Below, in pieces: positions 9,046 to 19,359 of a stretch of DNA of 32,000 bases (within the stretch, counting starts at the first letter, position 1; every line of letters begins with the position of its first letter). The notes under the pieces were generated by a model, which ran no database searches, was not told where the DNA came from, and saw nothing but the letters and a program-made list of their open reading frames with translations. The position numbers were made by a program, and so were the translations under genes. Source of the DNA: Zygophlyctis sp. KS116 (taxonomy: Eukaryota > Fungi > Chytridiomycota); assembly GCA_054661495.1 (NCBI GenBank), contig BAAFSQ010000029.1, positions 1 to 32,000 of the forward strand. The letters run 5' to 3'.

Positions 9046-10658
9046 CTAATAATCTAATGAATCTATATATGATACTTCCAATTCTGGGAATGACATTATA
9101 CTTGTACTTGTAGAGCTATCAATGCTTTGATGGGTTATGCCTGTATGTGGTCTTGATCTTATGTCCGAAAGAATACTATTTGGAGAATTTTTCCCAATAT
9201 TGGATCGATTATTTTGTGATCTTATAAGAGGCGTCAATGAACGATTAATGTTTCCAGGAGAGCTAGGAGTATTTGGAGCTTGTGGTGTCTTTAATGTCCC
9301 TGATCTAATATATTCCTTGTACAAGATTGACCCAACCATTCGCTGCTCTTTTCTGACCATTCTATTGGCTTCAATATTAGCTCTACTAAAAAGATTTCTA
9401 ATTTCTTCCAGCTGTCTTCCTAGTTGTTTGCATCTACTTCTCCATTTCCAAGCATATATTTGTTCTTCGCATAATAACTCTAAACAAACTGATAATGAGT
9501 TCATTGTTTGCGAGGATTGATCTTCCATAATTGAGATTACTTCATCTTTATCTTTGGCTTTCAATAACTGTTGTTGTCTTGTTGATGTTGAGACATATAA
9601 GAACTCAACTTGATTCTTAGCTTGGCGAATCAGCCTCTGAGCTTCTTTTGGCTGATAATTAAAAGCATCAAGTTTGTAGGGAGTACGAATGTTTCCTCTA
9701 AATGGATTTAAACTTCAAATTTAAACTTTGAAAAACTTACCTCATAATATCATCATCGGTTATTGTACTTTTCAGACCTACGCCTAACTTGGTTGGAGGA
9801 TCATGCTTCCTTTGAATTTGCATTATGGCAATCATTTTTCTTAATTGATCTTTGGTATCAGAATGAGCTGCTAAAAGCTCCTCTAGTGGCTCTAAAAATA
9901 TTAATTTTTGGAAACCCACCTTCATCATCTCCAGCTTGTACGCTATTTGGATCTGGTTCCCTATTCAGATCAAAAAAGTCTTCTCCTGCTGTCTTTGATG
10001 TCTCTTCTAATATATTACTAGTGTTTCTGAGATCATTTAAGACTGTATTAATAATTTCTTGTTCATCGAATTGTCCAACGCCCTTCTTCAAAGTTTCGTT
10101 TAGATGGCTAGTCTTTTCCTTAAGATCGGCTGTAACTTGGAGCAGTCGACTTCGAGTTTCATCTCTGTCAATTTTTATTCTCTGCTTTTGAGTGATCGTT
10201 GCTGTCAGTTTAGAATTCAGATCATCAACAACCTTTTGCATTTTTTCCATTCTTTTTCCCAAATGTAGAATAATTTGTGTTTGAATATTGCATTTTATCT
10301 CCCATGGTGACATTTGTTTTTTTGAATGCTTAACTTGCGGCTCATTACCAGACACATCTATTCCAATTTTTTGCAGGACATCATTCAATACATTCATCGC
10401 CATTGCCCCATCTAGAGCAAGACCATCAATATCCATCCCGCCCAAGTCAATTTCTATATCTTCTTCTTCATCTGGATCTGCAGGCTTATCTTTCTTTGGA
10501 CTTTCCTCTGCGTCGTCATTAATTGCTTCGGGCGTTTTTGTTCTTTGCAAAGATGCAAATACTCGATCTGGAGATTCAGTGCTAAAATAGTTTGATTGTC
10601 GCTTCCGATACTTTCTTTCCCCCTTTGGTATATTAGATTCTTCCATTTTATTTGACAA
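9046..10658 (-). CDS. Hypothetical coiled-coil protein
   Basis: Three ORF-track fragments are joined by introns 9892-9919 (28 nt) and 9698-9740 (43 nt). Heptad-like segments, acidic N-terminal region and S/P-rich tail. Exact 3' end uncertain (possible donor at 9075). Confidence 0.7.
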
Positions 10659-10686
10659 TAAATCGCCAAGATAAACAAATAAACAA

Positions 10687-12540
10687 TCAAGTTTTACGTG
10701 ATATCAGGCCTTTCATCATATCAAATGTATTTCCATCCGGATGTAATAGAACCTGAGCACCATCGTCCTGGCTGGCAATCAAATACCCAGAGTCATTATC
10801 AATCCCGGTTATGGTAGCATCGTGAATATTATTGTCTTTCACTACAAGCACTTTTTGATAAGAATGAAGCCAATTTGCATAATATCTATCTGAGAATATT
10901 CCAAACGATTCTTTATCTTGTAATTCCCCACACATGATTTGAAAACGATTTAGAATACCAGCTAACAGTTGTTCTCTATCCAATTGAGGTAAATGCAATG
11001 CATTTGATAGCTGCAATAGAGACATGGTTGGTAGATCATTCAGTATGTTTAATCCACATCCAATTATTAATCTGAAAGCTCCGTTTTCGTAAGATGATGT
11101 GGTCAAGATTCCTCCGAGTTTGAATAAATTATCATTAAATCTCAAATATAAGTCATTTGGCCATTTGATAAAAACTGGAAAATCTGAATATCCAGGAAAA
11201 CCTTTAATAGCTTCTATAACTGCTAATGCAAATAAATATTGAATGAAGATCAGGGTTTTAGTTGACTTATACTCCACCAAAAGAGAAAATTGAAGACTAC
11301 CAATTTGTGATATCCAAGAATTATTCCCACGTCCTCGACCAAGAAGCTGGTGGTCCGCAACAAACACAGCACCAGTTGACAAGATAGATGATAAAATTTC
11401 ATTTTTTTCAAGAATTGTCTGCGTTGAAGTAACTACTTTACCATACAATAATTGCCTTCCAAACTGAGTATTTCCCAGCGCATTGAAATAACTTTCAACA
11501 TTAAAAGTTCCGTCTTCATTGTCATAGTTTTCGTGATAAATTATAGGAATTTCTAAAATACTACTTAGCTTCATAGAGTCATTCAGCTTTGAAACAATGT
11601 GCCACCACATCTGGGTATCTTGTACAGCGTTTGAGTTTATATAAGTGCACAATTTACTATTTTTATATGATTTATGAGAGAATATATGTAAAAGCCTCAT
11701 TTTTGCCTCTTCATCGTCATTCTTGGAATTATTCAGTTTTAGTCCCAAACTGAGCAGAATGCTCTCCAGCAAACGTATTCTTAACTGATTTGATTCAGAA
11801 AGCTCCTTGCTTATCTTTTCAGTGCAATTATCCAATTTTATCAAATGCGGATCGTATTCTATATGCGGGCCACAAAGAATTGCCATTCCTTTTCCAGCCG
11901 TACATTGAATTATAGCAGGTTTTCTTCCATTCAAAGGAGTTTCATAAAATGCCAGAACCTTTTCATTTTTATCAGATTGAACTTGTTCAAACCAAGGCGC
12001 TCCGTTAGAGTAAAGAGGAATCAAATGATCAGTATGATGGAGATCAGACATTTCTGAATTATTTAAAGAGAGATTGATCATCATCGATCTATCATCAGAA
12101 TCTACTGGGACAATACTCCCCTTTGCCAGACCAGAAAATAATTTCAAGAGATGTGCTCCAAATGCATGGTTACCACTAATATTTGACAATCCTAAATTAT
12201 TTTTCAGTGATGGATACAGAGCATTTGAAAAGGGAGAAAATGAGACTTTATCAGCGGCGAAATAAGCTCCTGCGCAAATACCAAAATACTTTCCACCATT
12301 AAGTACAAATTGAGTGATCCTTTCCATACCTTTTCTGTCTAAATATTCATAGTAAGGTGTAAATCTACAACCGGGTATTACTAGCATAGCAGTTGAATCG
12401 ATCCAATGGCCTTTACTCAATGCTGAATGATCCACTGCTAGTACATCATAATGATCAGAGACAAGAGATCGCAATGATATTAAAGTTTGCTTTACTGAAT
12501 TAGAAGATGCTCCAGGACCATTATAAACTAAAACATTCAT
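10687..12540 (-). CDS. BPL1: Biotin--protein ligase (holocarboxylase synthetase), fungal type
   Basis: N-terminal MNVLVYNGPG...YFGICAGAYFA (BPL_N, GATase-like). Catalytic motifs STQT, QLLGRGRGNNSWIS, KWPNDLY and KLGGIL. C-terminal PDGNTFDMMKGLI. Uninterrupted 617-aa ORF. Confidence 0.96.
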   Translation of the reverse strand: MNVLVYNGPGASSNSVKQTLISLRSLVSDHYDVLAVDHSALSKGHWIDSTAMLVIPGCRFTPYYEYLDRKGMERITQFVLNGGKYFGICAGAYFAADKVSFSPFSNALYPSLKNNLGLSNISGNHAFGAHLLKLFSGLAKGSIVPVDSDDRSMMINLSLNNSEMSDLHHTDHLIPLYSNGAPWFEQVQSDKNEKVLAFYETPLNGRKPAIIQCTAGKGMAILCGPHIEYDPHLIKLDNCTEKISKELSESNQLRIRLLESILLSLGLKLNNSKNDDEEAKMRLLHIFSHKSYKNSKLCTYINSNAVQDTQMWWHIVSKLNDSMKLSSILEIPIIYHENYDNEDGTFNVESYFNALGNTQFGRQLLYGKVVTSTQTILEKNEILSSILSTGAVFVADHQLLGRGRGNNSWISQIGSLQFSLLVEYKSTKTLIFIQYLFALAVIEAIKGFPGYSDFPVFIKWPNDLYLRFNDNLFKLGGILTTSSYENGAFRLIIGCGLNILNDLPTMSLLQLSNALHLPQLDREQLLAGILNRFQIMCGELQDKESFGIFSDRYYANWLHSYQKVLVVKDNNIHDATITGIDNDSGYLIASQDDGAQVLLHPDGNTFDMMKGLISRKT

Positions 12541-12586
12541 TTTCCTCTATCGGTGCCACAAAAAAATTATTCTTCTTTTATTGATA

Positions 12587-15500
12587 TTAAAATGTCTTTT
12601 TCAATGATGCAACATAAATCCAGACTGATACAAATCTTCCTGGGAAGCCAATGCAATGAACTGCAACGGCGAACTCTATCCCTTTTTCTGAATTTGAATG
12701 TACATCCGTGTTTCTAACCATATTCAAGATGGCGTGAATATCTGTAAATGGTGTATTTAAAGGGAACCCAACCATGTTATATACATTTCGCAATGAATTT
12801 AACTCTTGTGATTCAATTAGTCTGGATGAGATTGGAAGTCCAGAAACCCTATCAGAATCAAGAATTGGAAGTAATGTTTTAAAAGTTCGGCTGCATAATT
12901 TGTTCCATCGTGTAATCTTCCCTTCTCTCCAGCTTTCTATGCTTTCAATAATGCTTTTTTCTATTTTCAGCTCCAGTTCATCAAGGTATCGTTCAGGTAA
13001 GCCTAAATACTGTGGAGTTTCATTCTATTCATAAAAATACATTGAAAATACCTGAATCGATTTAAGATCTGGTTTTACATGGTTCTTGTCAAATAGTGGA
13101 GTCCAGAATGTTGTCTGATTTATGTTGAATGATATTCTTGAAATATCTGCAAAAGGCTGAATATTGGCCCAGATCTATATTGTTAAAAGTTATAGCAAAA
13201 TACATTTTCCGAATTAAATATGAATCCTATTTCATTCAGAGGAATATGAGTATCTTGTATTCTATATGAATCTCCAGTGACTGGATTATAAAGTATATAC
13301 TGTTGTGATCTTGATTTGTCTATTTTGCTTTCCCCGTTCTTTTCACTCTCCAAATTAGATAATTCATTGGATGAGATGTTCGATTGGTCCTGAACCAGAA
13401 CATACGCTACCATCCCTTCCGGTATTCCACGGCCCAATAGAACAAAAGCATTCAACCCAATATACAAGAAATAATTGCATAGAAGGATGGCGTGCTCTGC
13501 AAAATCTCCAGCTCCGATTTTCAGCATTTGATCTGAAGTAGACCAGATCATGCATTCAGCTGCAAATGCGGTACGATTAGGAATAAAGGGTATTGTAGAA
13601 ACAAATCTCAAAATATTGGCGATTGATTCGATACGTTCAGGTGGCTTCTGTTTTGAAATGTATCTACATATAAACGTAGTTTTTCCTTCAATGTTGATTG
13701 TAGTATTGAAAATGATTCTTTTATGCTTTTCAAGAGGTATCAGCCAATTCCTACAAAAAGATAGTAATTTTTCCGACTCTTCTGATTGAAACTACAATAT
13801 AACCTTAAATAATAACATACCTTGAGCTTAAGCTTAGAAGGTTGAGCAAGAGGAGGATCAAGAGTTATAAATAAATGTAGCAAAGTTTCGCCAGAAGAGA
13901 TGAGCCCTGTAAGTAGAGGCGTCTCTGAAGCCGTTAATGAATTAGATCTCTCATATCCTAATGTGATCATTGGTATTTTAACATGAAACATTCCGTCAAT
14001 CCGAACTCTTTCCCAAATGGTGGAAAAAGGTATGTTAATTGATCCTAACCAGTTGCGCTCCTTTCTCTGATGTATTATATTGTCATTTTCAGGTTCGGTT
14101 TTCTATAATATTAATTTGAAAATAATTACGTCTTTCATATTAATGGTTACTTCATCAAAAATGTTTAAAAATAATGATTCCATGCCTATTTCACCGTCCA
14201 AAAGACTGCTTGGTGACAGTGATCCATTTGGAGTCGAAACTTCTAAAGATAAAGTCTCATTCCATTGGGGGCTACTACCTTCCTGTGCAGTTGTTCTGAC
14301 CCTGCCTTTCTGGAAACACGCCTCGATATAAGCATGAATAATCTAAAAAGTTAATTAAAAATATACTGACTTACATTTTCATCTAGCTCATCATCAGCCC
14401 TCACCTTATTTTTACTGTTTTTATGAGGCGCTAATCTAGATGGGAAATTGAATCCTCTAAGAACTTGAATCACAATCTTGCAAGTATCTGGATTGTTTGC
14501 TAAAAATGTTTTTCTTTCTGTTCTAGCAGGATGAAGTGGCCTATACTGAGGAAATAAGATATCAAGAAAACTCTTCTGCTCTACAACCTCGGGTATACGC
14601 TCTTCGCGAACAAAGTTATCCACGGTTGGAGGTACTGCTAATCTTGCTTGATTCAACAGTTCATGCGTGCGAATTCTCTTGATAAATCCAATTGAATCCG
14701 AAGAAGAAATTAAAGTAGGAATATCGGGTGAGCCATTTGATGTCTTTTGTGCCATTCGGAAGTCCTTTTCACTTATATCACTTTCCAATAGGGGAATCGA
14801 GATTCTACTTTTTATTTCATTCAAGTTTCTAGCCATTAACAATCTCGGCCTTTTAAGTATCTTAATATCGACCAAAGGCTTTTAATAAATATAATAATAG
14901 AAACTTACCCCAACTCCAAATAAAACCCGCTCCAGCCATTTTGGTGGATTTAGCCGGAAAAAATCTCGAGATGCCCAATATTCTTTGATGCTGTAAATAT
15001 CCATATTTGCATCTGTATATATAGAATGGATAAGTTGTTTAAGACTGATTATTTCCTTGTTTCTTGGATCATTTGGGTCCATTTTCAAATCTGAGATCCA
15101 ATCCTTCAAGATTAGTCACTCTTGACCTTCTTACCAATAAGCAAGCCATGTTTAGAATGCCAGCTGGGCCATTTCTGACAAGAGGATCAAATGTATGAGG
15201 TGGTCTATTATCTTGAGCAAGCCTAATCAGTAACGTTACAAGGATTTACCTCTTTTTTGGACCCAATGATGAACCATCTTTATGCACGCCCCAAAAGCAA
15301 TTTATTGATAGTTTTCCAGTGTACCATCTTCCCATTGTATCAGACTGAGTTGATGAAGGATTAAGAGAGAAATTACGACCACTGAAATCTATTTCTTTAA
15401 ACTGGTTATCAGTAACGTTAGATGTCTCCGAGCATTCGGGTATTGGTATTAAAACTTCACTGATGAGCTGATCGCCCATAGAATTCATTTCATAGAGATC

Positions 15501-17974
15501 AATTCTTATTTTCTCTGGAATTTCCTTTACGGTCATTTGTATAGTTAAGCCTGTATTGCAATTATCCCGACTTGAATTATTGGCAGGAATAGTATCAACA
15601 AAATCTACTTCAAAAGCTATAGGACTAATCTTAAATTTGGAAGTTTGAGTGACTTCCTTATCATTATAGAAGATTTTTAGATAAAGATAGGATAATTCTA
15701 CCTCGCGCCTTCGAAGCTGCTCTTGCTTGAATTAAGTTTTAGTTTCTAATTACCCTCGGACATTGTGCAGTTTCAGAAAGATCTGAGCTCCGATATTCAT
15801 TGAATGATAAAATTGGTGCACCAGGGGGTCTATAGCAGCCACTCAATCTCTAATCGATTAGGCTAACTTTATGTCGTACCTTCTTAATTTCCTTCCTTAC
15901 TGAAGAAACAATCAATTCTTTTGAGACAGGCTCTTTTGGGGGTGGGTTTTCATATACATCATCCGACCATTCTCCAATCTTCAATGCAATGTCTGTTTGC
16001 TCTTCACCCTCTTTTAAATCTGGAAAAAAATATTTTGTCTTTGCATTTTCAATAAATTCTTTTTTTCTTTGTTCCCTTATTTTTTCAAGATGTTGATGGT
16101 TATTTTCCCATTCTGATAACTTTTTTTGATAATTTCGTTTATCGTGCTCGATATTTAATTGATGAATCTTTTCAAGTTCATCTATTTCAGCTTGTATCTC
16201 CTTTTCAATAATTGCTTCATCCTATCATATCATATATAGACATAAAGTTACCTCATGCTCTATAGAGTCCTTTACTTTGATAGCAACATGAAGTTTTGTT
16301 GAAGCAAACCCATTTTGCTTTCTTTCTTTTTTTAAATCATTCCAAGATTTTAGAATCTTATACTCCAATAGTCTATCAACTTTTACTTCTGTATCCTAAC
16401 AAAAATTAATGCATTATTAGCGCACTCTTAATAATCTAGTTGCATGAATTTCTTTCAGCTGTGATCGCTTCCTCTCCTGCTCCTCCATCAACATCATATT
16501 TCTACGTCCGGTTAGTAAATCTGGATTCTTGGCATAAAAAGGACTACGAATAGGCCTTGACTCAGCCTTGTCAGCCTCTGCTGAGGGAGCTATCTCGTTT
16601 GAAATAGAATCTTCGAAAGATTGTTTTAATTGCTAGATTTAAATTCCAGTACTTAATACCTCCAACTTGTTTGTTAAATATTTAACAATTTTGATTCGTT
16701 TTCGTTCATTCCATATGTCCATCAAGCTTTCAATATTTTTTGCGATTCTAAACTCATTAGTTATCAATGGATGATCCAAAATTCTTAATGAGTGAAGTTG
16801 AAGTAGTAATGTATACGACCCATCAGGTGAATCCATTACTTTTCTATAATTGGAGACCTTTACTGGACCTCCCCTCTCCAAAAGAGTGAAATTAAGTAAT
16901 TTTCGAGACTCGAGTTGCTCAGTATCAGAAATTTCACTGTAAGTTTGATCTACTTGACGTAAAAATCGAGTCGGATTTCTAGAAATTGGAATATAATCAG
17001 TTTTCATTCTAAAATCATCTCCAAACCAAACACGACCGCTACTCTATTAATTTATTGTAAATCACCTTTTTCCATCATGAGCAACAAGTCTTTTTTCCAT
17101 CTTGTTAAAATTCCAGAAAGGAACATCAATATTATCATTCACATAAAACCCCTCGTCCTCCAAATTCTTTGGACTCTATATTTAGTTCCTTTTGGCATTA
17201 AAAAATACCTGATTATCAAAAAATACATCTTTAGAATATAGTTCAGGAAAGTATAAAATGTTTTTTTCCTAAAATTACTGATTTTTTCGTACCTGTAAAC
17301 ATGTATCTGCCCAAAGGGGGATCCATTTCTGAATTTGAATAAAACTACAAGAACTTTCTTCTTCAACACTTTTTGCGATCTCCAGAATTTCTGAATTTGA
17401 GATCCATTTAATTTACCTTGCATTTCCATTGGCTCCTTTGGATCTATAGAAGCGTTTTTCTTTAAAGGTGTGTTTTCTTTATCATTTGAAGAATCTTCAT
17501 TCTTATCTATTATGATCGTATGAGATCCTTGAGCGGTTTGATTACTTTTAAGTAAAATTGATTTCTTTACGTTATTACGAAGTGGCTAGATTTAAGTTTG
17601 AAATTAATAATACTCTTCTAGTAGGCGATGGACTTATCCCTCCTAATTCAGGTCTTGAATCATTATCTTGATTGGTTGTAATTAAAGGAAAATCCGATTG
17701 TCCGACACTTAATCTCCTCCTTTGATATCTTTTAGTTTCAACTTGTAATTGCGGTACACCAGGCCTAATTATATTTTTTGACATTGTATTAGGCTCTGAA
17801 GTAAATCCCTACTATTAATCAATATATTATTACCAAATTCACATGATTCATGTCCGATTGCCGTCTAATAGAAATTCTATTTCTAGCTCTTTCAATGATC
17901 GCATTATGACTAGATAAATTTAAAACATCCTGATTTGCTACGCCGATTGATGGTGTTTCTCCCAACTCTTCCAT
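12587..17974 (-). CDS. CC2D2A: Ciliary transition-zone protein CC2D2A/MKS6
   Basis: Multi-exon gene, ATG at 17974. Motifs PKNLEDEGFYV, NKMEKRL, WFGDD, C2 regions, MDPNDPRN, RFVSTIPF, GDFAEHAILLCNYF, NIWANIQ and terminal VWIYVASL. Introns placed include 17809-17833, 17586-17613, 17391-17416, 17269-17292, 17176-17208, 13175-13203 and 13025-13051; the others were not all resolved. Confidence 0.92.
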
Positions 17975-18015
17975 TTTAGATTACTGATTAAAATGGCCAA
18001 TGTAATTTGAGTTAG

Positions 18016-18022
18016 TTTCGCG
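18016..18022. promoter_or_regulatory. SCB/E2F-like element (TTTCGCG = CGCGAAA)
   Basis: Exact CRCGAAA match about 42 nt upstream of the CC2D2A ATG. Function inferred only. Confidence 0.3.
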
Positions 18023-18160
18023 TTTGGTTTGAGCGTGACAGGTGGATCATGCATGAATTGGATAAATGCTGCTTCCACTTGTTGTGGACGAGGACTTTGA
18101 CGTTGATTGTTTTTCCATTTTTTAGAGTTTTCTCTGTCAAACTTTCTGTTTCACGATCTC

Positions 18161-18390
18161 ATGTGGTTTCGGCTCGTCGACTCTGATGGTCAGCCTTATA
18201 AATGAAGCTCTGCCAGTTCACACTCTCTCAATCCTTTGGCTGTTGTTACGAGCAATAGGCTCTCATTGTTGGACGCTGTTCAAAGCATGTAAAAGCAAGG
18301 CTGATTTCATCGTAAACGAAGATCAGATACTAGAATGGAAATCTAGCGACTCAAACCGGACCACAAAAGAAAAACACCCAATGGGCAATA
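18161..18390 (+). pseudogene. Decayed Crinkler (CR)-type N-terminal header fragment
   Basis: MWFRLVDSDGQPYK*SSASSHSLNPLAVV...LLDAVQSM*, plus FKACKSKADF in another frame. Resembles from memory the WFxLVDxxGQPYKG...DAVK...VYKNKAxF header of chytrid/oomycete CRN-like proteins. In-frame stops and a frame change; no C-terminal effector domain. Confidence 0.6.
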
Positions 18391-18395
18391 ATTTA

Positions 18396-18716
18396 TCATC
18401 TTTTAGAAAAACATTGTAAATCTGTAAACTGAGCCGACATCAAGTGTTCCGGACGATTTTTGAATTGTATTTTCTTCTTTACAATAGACACAATATTAAA
18501 ACCAAGTGGATCCTTTTCCTTTTTTAATACGTAGATTGGTTTTGTTAAATAAATTACTTTTCCTGTCAATCTATGGTGTCCAATTACTAAAGTGGGAATT
18601 TCATCTTTCCATGATAATGAACCAATATTTAGATCATCCGATAAAAACTCTATACTTCCTTGTAACTCAAGTAAAACAAGTTCAGAAAACTCTTTAGAGC
18701 CTGAAATATAAATCAT
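18396..18716 (-). CDS. CTF8: Chromosome transmission fidelity protein 8 (Ctf18-RFC subunit)
   Basis: LVLLELQGSIE, IGSLSW, LVIGHHRLTGKVIYLTKP and IVKKKIQFKNRP in a 106-aa ORF. Confidence 0.9.
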   Translation of the reverse strand: MIYISGSKEFSELVLLELQGSIEFLSDDLNIGSLSWKDEIPTLVIGHHRLTGKVIYLTKPIYVLKKEKDPLGFNIVSIVKKKIQFKNRPEHLMSAQFTDLQCFSKR

Positions 18717-19291
18717 TTTTGAAGAGTCTCAAGGGCTAATTTAGTAGAGTCTGATCCTCGTTTAATCAAATTAGAAATCTCTTTGAATTTGGGATCATCA
18801 GCAGTCTTTAATAATTCAAATATAATTGAATCTGAACTTGATATTATTGCTCCTGACTTTGATAATCGTGAAAGTGCAATTCCAACTTCCCCATAATTCA
18901 TACTTGAAACACCATCTTTAACAATCCAAGGAGTTATTCCTAATTCTATACAATCCAAAGTAGTTTGAGAAATACAAACATGAGATTCAATTCCAAATAA
19001 AACAATTGATTTAATTTCTTGGACCTTTAGATATTGAACTACTTTGGGTGTCATCATTGAGAATGATGTTTTTTCATCAAATAGAGCAGCACTAGATATA
19101 TCTAATTCAGGAACAGTAGATCCTAGTTTTATCGGTGATTGTTCAGTAACGATCAATGGTAAATTTAGGATTTTAGAAGCATCAATCATCTTTTGAGCAG
19201 TTGAAACAACGGAATCAAATCCATAAATCAGTTTCTTGAATTTGGTTTGTATATCACAGCAGAAGAAAGCAGTTTGTCGGTTTAATCGCAT
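18713..19291 (-). CDS. Isochorismatase-domain protein (ISOC1/ISOC2/YcaC-like)
   Basis: FFCCDIQTKF, VTEQSPIKLGSTV, KTSFSM, GIESHVCISQTTLD, DGVSS and IFELLKTADDPKFKEIS. Confidence 0.93.
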   Translation of the reverse strand: MRLNRQTAFFCCDIQTKFKKLIYGFDSVVSTAQKMIDASKILNLPLIVTEQSPIKLGSTVPELDISSAALFDEKTSFSMMTPKVVQYLKVQEIKSIVLFGIESHVCISQTTLDCIELGITPWIVKDGVSSMNYGEVGIALSRLSKSGAIISSSDSIIFELLKTADDPKFKEISNLIKRGSDSTKLALETLQK

Positions 19292-19359
19292 TTCTGTTAG
19301 GAATTATTCGGACTTGCTAATATCCCAGTTGGCCCATAGGAACATAGGAAATTTAAATC

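Noticed and set aside
8968-9075. Splice fusion of the coiled-coil gene to the Phactr-like gene
   Set aside because: Both candidate introns from the donor at 9075 (22 or 30 nt) lead to frames that stop and are not in frame with ATG 8968.
17975-18160. U3 snoRNA (GAGCGTGA box-B-like), RNase P/MRP or telomerase RNA
   Set aside because: Only one short motif matches. The other boxes, the P4 motifs and a telomere template are absent.
18186-18419. 77-aa ORF as an intact gene
   Set aside because: Better explained as one frame of the decayed Crinkler-like fragment. It also overlaps the CTF8 3' end.
18717-18800. Calicivirus-type TURBS (UGGGA) upstream of the ATGA overlap
   Set aside because: No UGGGA on the coding strand in the ~80 nt before the junction.
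19328-19343. RFX X-box upstream of the kinesin-CCDC78 gene (GTTGGCCCATAGGAAC)
   Set aside because: Spacing and half-sites fit the consensus poorly and there is no matching site before CC2D2A or Rjl.
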